From contig JAOQAE010000002.1 in assembly GCA_025963725.1 (NCBI GenBank), forward strand, positions 1,356,411 through 1,420,410: DNA of 64,000 bases. The letters run 5' to 3'. The position numbers were made by a program, and so were the translations under genes. Position 1 is the first letter of the stretch. Every line of letters starts with the position of its first letter. The notes beneath the pieces are model-generated. The model had not been told where the DNA came from. It worked only from the letters and a program-made list of their open reading frames with translations, and ran no database searches. Origin of the DNA: Bacteroidota bacterium. GTDB lineage: Bacteria; Bacteroidota; Bacteroidia; 2-12-FULL-35-15. Positions 56,708 through 64,000 of the stretch are shown here, piece by piece.

Positions 56708-59700
56708 ATGCTTACAATAAAAGAAACGGAATTTTACAGCTTCCTCAGCGAAGGGATCGGCAAGGGCGGGTTTACCAATGATGATGTGGTTGCTGTTATA
56801 ATGCCATTGCTGGAAGAAGTGCATTCATTTCATCTTTCGGGAAAGGTGGCCCCGCTGGATAAGCTCAGCTCGATACTTGTAACAAACGAAAAGCTCGATA
56901 TTGATGAGTCGCTTGCGGGAAGCCCCTGCAATAACGTTGACAAGGTAACAGCCATCCTGCCAAAGAAAAATGAGGTGTTCGAGATCAGCGGCCACCTGAA
57001 GCAATCGACAGAGATCGGCGAATACAATTCCACCGAAGTAAAGAACCGCGAGATACAATCTGATGCGAATGCGGACATCCTGATGCCGGTGTACCTGCCC
57101 AATTATAAATGCTACGAGGTGTCGCTCGGCCATCACGATGCTGCTACCGACATTTACATCCTGGGGATGATCCTCGCGAGCCTAGCGCTGGGGCTTGACT
57201 TCACGCAGGAAGATGACCTTGCAGGCTTCGCGGAGAACAGGGGAAGCATGATCTTCCTGAATCACAAGATCCATCCTTCGATCGCGAACATCATTTTCGG
57301 GATGACCGAGCTCGACCGCCGCAAACGCTGGAAAGACCTTGGCGAGATCATCGATAATTTAAAGAACTACCGCGATTACAACCCGGAAACCGAGCACGAC
57401 CTTGCCACTATCGCCAATGCAAAGAACAAGGACAAAAGCAACAGGCAGCACTACATCCAGGGCAAGCTGCGCAACAGGCTGTTCGACATCAGCCGCCGCA
57501 ACAGGCTCTTGTATTTCAAGCCCAATCTTAAATTTTTAAATCTTTCCGTGTCTTCCGTTCCTGCGGTCCTTAATTACAAAAACATCGATCCTGAATCGTT
57601 GTTCTTCTGGAACAGGGATGTTTCCGAAAAGGTGATAAAAGGAAAAGACATTTCCCTTTCGAAATACATCCGCTTTGAAGACAATCCTTACATCGCGCCT
57701 TCCCTCGACAAGATCAGGCTGGAAGCGAACAGGGATGTGAATGAATATGGCTTCAGCCAGCTTAAGCTTGTGATCAGCTTCCTCAACTGGTACAATACAA
57801 AGGAGCAAACAACCGAAAAGATCTGCTCACCGCTCATACTTGTACCGGTAAACCTCGTTAAGAAAAAAGGCGTGAAAGACCAGTACATCCTGGAAATTGT
57901 GGACAATGAAGCGGAAATAAACCCGGTGCTTTCATTCATGCTGAAAGACCTGTACGACATCCGCCTGCCGGAAAGCATACAGCTTTCGGAGAGCAGCCTC
58001 GATGAGCTTTTCCGGAATTTAAAGACACAGATAGAAAAGGCGCGCTCGGGGATCGTGCTCGAAATGATCAACAAACCAAAGATCAAGCTGATCCATGCGC
58101 AGGCCAGGCAAACGCTGTCGCAATACAAAAGAAGGGTGAACAGGAACAGGAAAGTACAAACCTTTCACAACCTTGATTATTCGTACAATGCAGATAATTT
58201 CCAGCCTTTAGGCCTGCAGCTTTTCCGCAATTATGTGAAGCCGGAGCATTCCTCGCTCGAGTTCCTTATCAACAGCGACATAAAAGCGAATCCCTCCTAC
58301 TTCAGCGACAGCAGCATGTCGGAAACAACCCGCGAACTGTACCAGCTCGATGGGGGAAATACAAATCCTTTCAAATGGGAGTTCGATACCTGCAACATGG
58401 TGCTGGGGAATTTCAATTATAAAAAGATGTCGCTGGTGCGCGATTACAATTCCATCATCGACGAGAACATTCAAAGCAGCGTGTTCGAATCGCTGTTCAG
58501 CAGCCTTCCGAAAAAGGCCCGGCCGGAACAGGAAACGGAAAGCAGGATCGAAGAGCAGTTCAATGTGATCCAGTCGGACCCGACACAAAACAAGTCAGTA
58601 ATATATTCCCGCAAAGGGGAAAGCTATATCATCCAGGGCCCTCCGGGCACAGGGAAATCGCAGACCATTTCCAACCTTATTGCAGATTATGTGGCAAGAG
58701 GAAAAAAAGTGCTGTTCGTTTGTGAGAAAAGGGCCGCTATCGATGTGGTGTATTACAGGCTGAAGCAGCAGCAGCTCGATCAGCTGTGCTGTCTCATACA
58801 CGATTCCCAAACCGACAAGAAAGAGTTCATCCAGAACCTGAAAGCTACCTTCGGAACATTTACAACGAAGCCGCTTTCCGCAAAGGAAGCAGAAAAGGAA
58901 CGGAACGCTATCGTTGCGCAGATCAATTCGGAGCTCAGCGTCATCAAAGAATTTCACTCCTCCATGCAGCATTACCTTGATCATGCGCAGCTGAAAATAA
59001 GGGAGCTGATGGAAGTGTTGATCCAGAGTAAGCAGCATATTCCGGAAGGCAAAGAAATACCGGGAAGCATTGGCTATAAAGACTGGCTTGCCTACGGCGG
59101 GCTGATTCAGAAGATCTCCCGGACAAGCAACGAGCTGGAGGGAAGCCCTTTTTATTCGAAACATCCATTCAGGTACTTGGGTGAAAAAGCGATCTATAAC
59201 GAGAAGCCGGGAACTGAGCTGAAGGCAGAGCTTATAAGATCGATGGAGCTGGTCGGCGAGATCGCTGAGAGGCTTGAAATGGCCGACGTTCCGGAATCAT
59301 GCATAGGCAGCATTACAGCGCTCCGGGAATTCCTGGAACAGGTGGAAATGCTTCTTCCGTTCAAAGAGCAGGACCGGGCCGGGCTGCTTACCGTCAACAG
59401 CGAACTTCATAAAAAGCTTTCCGATGCAGTGACCAACCTCGAAACGATGCATGCGAAAGTGGAAGAAGCCGCAGGAAAGAATAAGTTCTGGCTTCAGAAG
59501 TTTTCGGAGACCGATGCGGAAAATGCGCTTGAGATCGTGCAAAAACATGAAAGATCATTTTTCTCATTCTTCAATTCCAGCTTCAGGAAGATCAAAAAAG
59601 CGATCCATCAATCCTATAATTTTTCCATGCACCAGGTAAAGCCGCCGCTCACACAGGTGGTTTCCAACCTCAAGGCGGAATACGATGTGCGCAATAGCTT

Positions 59701-62170
59701 CAATAAAGAAAAGCAAAGCACGGAGCAGTTCTTCAGGCTGGGCGATCTGTTCAGCCTTGCTAAAAAGCTGAAAGAGATAGAACCGAGATCAGGCACGCCG
59801 GCCTTTGCCTATGTGAAGAATGAAGAAACCGGCCTTGGCAAGCTAAAAGACCTTGCGGAGATCAGGATCCTCTTCGGCCAGCTGGATGCTTCCCTGCAGG
59901 AAAACCTGCGTGATACTTCCCGCCAAACACTGGAAAGCCTTTCTGAGATCATGCAGGCGATCATCGCGCGCACAAAGGACCTTTCCGCCTTTGCACCGCT
60001 GATGCGCGAACTGAATAGCGCAGATGCCGCGCTGAAGCAGATCGTGCTGGAGGAAAACCTGCTTCCCTCGCAGGTTAAAGGGCTTCTTGCAAAAGCGAGC
60101 ATTGATAAGTTCTACAGCACAAACCGCGATGCCCGGAAGATCGAAGGAGAAAAGATCCTGCACCAGGTAGCAAAGATCAAAAAGCTCTACCAAAAATTCT
60201 TAGCTGTCAACTCGGGATACATCATTGCGAAACAGCAGGAGCGCTTTAATAAGCTGATCCAGAAATCGGAAATGTCGATGGCAGGGAAAAGCAACCAGGA
60301 AAAAGAAGAAAAAAGATCACTGGTGGAAGGAAGAAAGATCCTTGACAATGAATTCGGGAAAAGCATGCGGTATAAATCGATCCGCGAAATGGCAACCTCC
60401 GAATCGGGACAGATCATCCGCGAGCTAAAACCTGTGTGGCTGATGAGCCCACTCAGCGTTTCGGATACGCTTCCGCTGCGCACCGATTATTTCGATGTGG
60501 TGATCTTTGATGAGGCCAGCCAGATCACGCTTGAAGAAGGTGTGCCGCCGGTTTACCGCGCCTCGCAGATCATCATCGTGGGTGACGAGATGCAGATGCC
60601 GCCGAGCAATTATTTCAGCAGCTCCTCCTCCGACCCCGACGATCTTTGGGAAGAGGACGATGAAGATTCGAAGCTGCTTTCACTCGATGCCGACAGCTTC
60701 CTCACGCAGGGCGCACGAAAATTTCCTTCTGTAATGCTTGGCTGGCACTACCGCAGCAGGCATGAATCGCTGATCGGCTTTTCCAATGCATCTTTCTATA
60801 AAAATGAATTGCTCACGATCCCGGATAATCTAGACAATCAGAATGAGCTGAACGAAATAACAGCAGAAAATAAAAACGATGCTGTAACCAATGCGGCTGC
60901 ATTGCTCGAACGCCCCATCAGCTATCATTTTCTGAAGCATGGCGTTTATGAGAGCCGCAGCAACATTGCCGAAGCGGAGTATATCGCGGAGATGATCCGC
61001 ACATTGCTCCTGCAGAAAAAAGGGCTAAGCATCGGCGTGGTTGCCTTCTCCATGGAACAGCAGGGAGAGATCGAAAGCGCGGTGACGAACCTTGCCAGGG
61101 AGGACAAGGAATTTGAAAAGGCGATAGAGGAAGAATACAAGCGCATGGAAGACAACCAGTTTGTGGGGATCTTCTTTAAAAATTTAGAGAATGTGCAGGG
61201 CGACGAGCGCGATATCATTATCATGAGCACCTGCTACGGGTACGACCCTAAAGGCAAGATGATCATGAACTTCGGGCCGATCAACAGGCGCGGCGGCGAA
61301 AAAAGGCTGAACGTTATTTTTTCACGCGCGAAAAAAAGGATGTGCGTAGTAAGCTCCATTAAGTATACCGACATTAAAAATGAATACAATGAAGGCGCGA
61401 ACTACTTCCGGAAATATTTGCAGTATGCGGAACATGCAAGCAAAGGCAATATGGAAATGGCGAACCTGGTGCTTCAATCCGTGATTGCGGAGGAAAAGAA
61501 AATAAAGCAGGAGCTATACAATACGGTGGTGATCGGCCAGCTGGTGAAAATGCTGGAAGATAACGGCTACAGCACCACAAAGCTGATCGGGCAATCGTAT
61601 TTCAAATGCCATATCGGGGTCAAAAGATCAGCCTCCGATACTTCCTATACTGCGGGCATTCTCGTGGACGACATGTTTCATTATTCGAACAGCGACCTTC
61701 TTGAGCAATACCTGTTCAAGCCGGAGATCCTTCGCTCCAGCGGATGGAAAGTGATGCAGGTGTACTCAAAGGATTGGTACGATGACCCGGATAAATTAAC
61801 AAAGCGCATCCTTGGCTTTATTGAAAGCGATGCGCTTGCTGAACCAAGGGATGAAGCCCCGGAAGAGGAAACGGGATTTACTGAAGAACAACCAAATGAT
61901 GAAACATTTCCGGAGTCTCCCGCAGAAGAAGCAGGAGATGATAATTCCCTGAGCACCGGCGCTGTTCGCCTGCTCAACAGTGAGAACAACAGCAACAAGT
62001 TCTGGGAGATCCATGCAGAAGAAAATAATTTAGTGATCCGCTATGGCAAAGCCGGTACGAAAGGGCAAAGGATCATCAAATCATTCGATACAAAAGCAAT
62101 GGCGGAAAATGAAATGCAGAAGCTGATCAGGCAGAAGCTTGCCAAAGGATATAAAGCCAGCGAAGGCTGA
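56708..62170 (+). CDS. Pseudokinase-DUF4011-SF1 (Upf1/DNA2-like) helicase-Vsr-like-WGR protein
   Basis: TDIYILGMIL; LFDISRRNRLLYF; SPLILVPV; QGPPGTGKSQTI; FDEASQ; GDEMQMPP; HYRS; ENVQGDERD; RLNVIFSRAK; GWKVMQVYSKDW; KFWEI...YGKAGTKG...KLAKGY. Confidence 0.88.
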   Translation: MLTIKETEFYSFLSEGIGKGGFTNDDVVAVIMPLLEEVHSFHLSGKVAPLDKLSSILVTNEKLDIDESLAGSPCNNVDKVTAILPKKNEVFEISGHLKQSTEIGEYNSTEVKNREIQSDANADILMPVYLPNYKCYEVSLGHHDAATDIYILGMILASLALGLDFTQEDDLAGFAENRGSMIFLNHKIHPSIANIIFGMTELDRRKRWKDLGEIIDNLKNYRDYNPETEHDLATIANAKNKDKSNRQHYIQGKLRNRLFDISRRNRLLYFKPNLKFLNLSVSSVPAVLNYKNIDPESLFFWNRDVSEKVIKGKDISLSKYIRFEDNPYIAPSLDKIRLEANRDVNEYGFSQLKLVISFLNWYNTKEQTTEKICSPLILVPVNLVKKKGVKDQYILEIVDNEAEINPVLSFMLKDLYDIRLPESIQLSESSLDELFRNLKTQIEKARSGIVLEMINKPKIKLIHAQARQTLSQYKRRVNRNRKVQTFHNLDYSYNADNFQPLGLQLFRNYVKPEHSSLEFLINSDIKANPSYFSDSSMSETTRELYQLDGGNTNPFKWEFDTCNMVLGNFNYKKMSLVRDYNSIIDENIQSSVFESLFSSLPKKARPEQETESRIEEQFNVIQSDPTQNKSVIYSRKGESYIIQGPPGTGKSQTISNLIADYVARGKKVLFVCEKRAAIDVVYYRLKQQQLDQLCCLIHDSQTDKKEFIQNLKATFGTFTTKPLSAKEAEKERNAIVAQINSELSVIKEFHSSMQHYLDHAQLKIRELMEVLIQSKQHIPEGKEIPGSIGYKDWLAYGGLIQKISRTSNELEGSPFYSKHPFRYLGEKAIYNEKPGTELKAELIRSMELVGEIAERLEMADVPESCIGSITALREFLEQVEMLLPFKEQDRAGLLTVNSELHKKLSDAVTNLETMHAKVEEAAGKNKFWLQKFSETDAENALEIVQKHERSFFSFFNSSFRKIKKAIHQSYNFSMHQVKPPLTQVVSNLKAEYDVRNSFNKEKQSTEQFFRLGDLFSLAKKLKEIEPRSGTPAFAYVKNEETGLGKLKDLAEIRILFGQLDASLQENLRDTSRQTLESLSEIMQAIIARTKDLSAFAPLMRELNSADAALKQIVLEENLLPSQVKGLLAKASIDKFYSTNRDARKIEGEKILHQVAKIKKLYQKFLAVNSGYIIAKQQERFNKLIQKSEMSMAGKSNQEKEEKRSLVEGRKILDNEFGKSMRYKSIREMATSESGQIIRELKPVWLMSPLSVSDTLPLRTDYFDVVIFDEASQITLEEGVPPVYRASQIIIVGDEMQMPPSNYFSSSSSDPDDLWEEDDEDSKLLSLDADSFLTQGARKFPSVMLGWHYRSRHESLIGFSNASFYKNELLTIPDNLDNQNELNEITAENKNDAVTNAAALLERPISYHFLKHGVYESRSNIAEAEYIAEMIRTLLLQKKGLSIGVVAFSMEQQGEIESAVTNLAREDKEFEKAIEEEYKRMEDNQFVGIFFKNLENVQGDERDIIIMSTCYGYDPKGKMIMNFGPINRRGGEKRLNVIFSRAKKRMCVVSSIKYTDIKNEYNEGANYFRKYLQYAEHASKGNMEMANLVLQSVIAEEKKIKQELYNTVVIGQLVKMLEDNGYSTTKLIGQSYFKCHIGVKRSASDTSYTAGILVDDMFHYSNSDLLEQYLFKPEILRSSGWKVMQVYSKDWYDDPDKLTKRILGFIESDALAEPRDEAPEEETGFTEEQPNDETFPESPAEEAGDDNSLSTGAVRLLNSENNSNKFWEIHAEENNLVIRYGKAGTKGQRIIKSFDTKAMAENEMQKLIRQKLAKGYKASEG

Positions 62171-62200
62171 CATTGAATACGATGTCAACACCTCAGCTGT

Positions 62201-62659
62201 TCACGCGATGATCTTTTCCATTTTTATATTCGCCCGCTCATAATGTCCGGCCTCAAGCGGTATCTCATAAAACCCGTACTTTTCATACAGGTGGATCGCG
62301 GGGCCCAGCTGGCGGTTGGAGTACAGCACAAGCTTTTTAATATCATGCCGCTTTGCAAAGCCGATGCAATGTTCCATTAATATTTTGCCGAGCTTCAATC
62401 CCTGGTACTTTTCAGTCACCGCCATCTTTGCAAGCTCGAATGTTCCTTCATTTATTTTCAGCAGGGCTATCACACCCACTATCTCATCGTTGTAAGCGGC
62501 ATAAAAAATAAAGCCGCCTTTATCAATGATCTGCCCTTTCGGATCTGCCAGCGAGATCACGTCATTCGGCTCCACCTTAAAATATTTCTGCAGCCATTCA
62601 TAATTAAGGATGCGGATGTGTTCTTTCAGCTCCTCCCTGTATTCGATGATATTTACCAT
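62201..62659 (-). CDS. GNAT family N-acetyltransferase
   Basis: ELAKMAVTEKYQGLKLG and AIHLYEKYGF motifs. Confidence 0.9.
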   Translation of the reverse strand: MVNIIEYREELKEHIRILNYEWLQKYFKVEPNDVISLADPKGQIIDKGGFIFYAAYNDEIVGVIALLKINEGTFELAKMAVTEKYQGLKLGKILMEHCIGFAKRHDIKKLVLYSNRQLGPAIHLYEKYGFYEIPLEAGHYERANIKMEKIIA

Positions 62660-62714
62660 ATATTATGCGCTTTGTGCAGCGTTCCGAAAATTACTAAACA
62701 TTTATTCTTTCAAC

Positions 62715-62749
62715 AAAAACGCCCTGTTCAAAAGAACAAGGCGTTTTTT
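62715..62749. terminator. Rho-independent terminator downstream of the CHU_C gene
   Basis: aaaaacgcc-ctgttc/gaacaa-ggcgttttt hairpin. Confidence 0.75.
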
Positions 62750-62770
62750 TAAAATATACTTACTTATCTT

Positions 62771-64000
62771 TTAATTATTAAAGATGTGGACAAATCCATA
62801 TTTCGGCTCCTTCAGCTCCGGCCCGTCGAGTATAAAATAATACACGCCATCCGAATGTCCGCCGCCGTTCCAGTCGTTATGATAATCGGAGCTGCTGTAG
62901 ATCTTGCTGCCCCAGCGGTTGTAAACGGTTAAGGCCGTGTTCGGGAAATACTCGATGTTCCTGAATGCAAGGTAATCGTTCTTGCCATCATTGTTCGGCG
63001 TAAACACATTCGGCACCTCCAGCTCGGAGATGATCACGTAATCATGCTGGATGGTATCCCAGCAGCCGTTGTTCGACTGAACAGCCAGCGTTACATGATA
63101 GATCCCGTTTGCAGGGAAGATGTGCGAAGGATTCTGCAGCGGTGAAAAGCTTGTTGCGCTGTCGCCGAAGTTCCAGTACCAGCTTACGATGCTTCCCGGC
63201 GTAACCTGCGACTGGTCCATGAACTGCGTCACTGTTCCAAGGAACGCGGAGCCTGACGGAGAGCTGGAGAACGCCGCAATTGGCTGTCCGTACTGCGTTA
63301 CAGTTACCGTATCTGCCGTGGAGCAGCCGTTCGAATAGTTCACGGTAACAATGTAGGTGCCGTTCGAATTTACATTGATCGAAGAGCTTGTTTCCGTAGT
63401 AGACCATGTATAGCTCGCTCCGGAAGGCAGGTTCAGGTTTGCAACCAACGAGGTGCTGTCGCCCGGACAAAAGTTAAGGTTCCCGGTTATGTTCACCAGT
63501 GGATTTGCGTTCACCACCGTTACGGGAGGCGATGTGGCAGTACATCCGTTTTGCGTTACGGTAACAGTGTAGGTTCCGCTGTTGGTTGTTACGGAATCGC
63601 CGGTGCTTGCATCCGACCAGGTAATGCCTGTGTACAGGGAAGCCGAATCAAGATAAATAGTGGTGGAATTGCTGCTGCAGGTGAACAATGGCCCCGCGAT
63701 AGCCGGTGTTGGTGCAGGATTCGGAGCAGGCACATTGAGTGTTGTATCCATCGAGCAGCCGTTTGCATAGCTCAGCGTTACTGTTACAGGCCCGCCTGAA
63801 CTGATGTACGAAGAAGCGGTGTTATCGCCGTTCGACCATGAATAGCTTGCGCCGGCAGCAGGTGTGCCCGATGCGGTAAGCAGGATGCTGTCGTTAGAGC
63901 AGAACGGAACTACACCGCCGGCCGTAAGTGAATAATTGAAGGGGAACACCGAGAATGGCGCCGATGTGATCGTACATCCGTTGATATCCACACAGGTAAC
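62771..64000 (-). CDS. Large T9SS type B (gliding motility-associated/CHU_C) protein with Ig-like repeats and PKD domain (5' end truncated)
   Basis: Frame open to the window edge; YSWSNG/GTYTVTV repeats; WYWNFGD; VPNVFTPNNDGKND...YNRWG...WNG...GVYYFI. Confidence 0.9.
   Translation of the reverse strand, partial: VTCVDINGCTITSAPFSVFPFNYSLTAGGVVPFCSNDSILLTASGTPAAGASYSWSNGDNTASSYISSGGPVTVTLSYANGCSMDTTLNVPAPNPAPTPAIAGPLFTCSSNSTTIYLDSASLYTGITWSDASTGDSVTTNSGTYTVTVTQNGCTATSPPVTVVNANPLVNITGNLNFCPGDSTSLVANLNLPSGASYTWSTTETSSSINVNSNGTYIVTVNYSNGCSTADTVTVTQYGQPIAAFSSSPSGSAFLGTVTQFMDQSQVTPGSIVSWYWNFGDSATSFSPLQNPSHIFPANGIYHVTLAVQSNNGCWDTIQHDYVIISELEVPNVFTPNNDGKNDYLAFRNIEYFPNTALTVYNRWGSKIYSSSDYHNDWNGGGHSDGVYYFILDGPELKEPKYGFVHIFNN

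Overview
A 64-kb gene-dense chromosomal segment of a Bacteroidota bacterium, inferred from T9SS type A/B sorting domains, a PorV/PorQ-like barrel, PafA phosphatase, TAnnTTTG promoters and Bacteroidota-type REP repeats. It holds about 49 CDS, two of them truncated by the window edges, including a CbbX/SpoVK-type tandem AAA ATPase at the left end that the ORF track missed. Housekeeping genes include hpt-adk-obgE-PAP2-PAP2-crcB, purE, ltaE and an acyl-CoA ligase. There is also a two-component locus with T9SS cargo and a DUF58-transglutaminase-MoxR-TPR operon. The strongest candidate for an undescribed system lies at 53.8-62.2 kb: an AT-rich P-loop NTPase-TIR gene, followed by a coupled pair of a soluble M48-like protease and a 1820-aa pseudokinase-DUF4011-SF1 helicase-Vsr-like-WGR protein. 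Other highlights are a 16-bp operator placed at a fixed distance from three -7 promoter boxes, an adenylate kinase fused to a histone-H1-like tail, PorE-like paralogues ending in SPOR-like repeats, a frameshifted MFS gene and nested REP elements. No rRNA, tRNA, CRISPR array or transposase was recognised. All family calls are from motif recognition by eye, not database searches.
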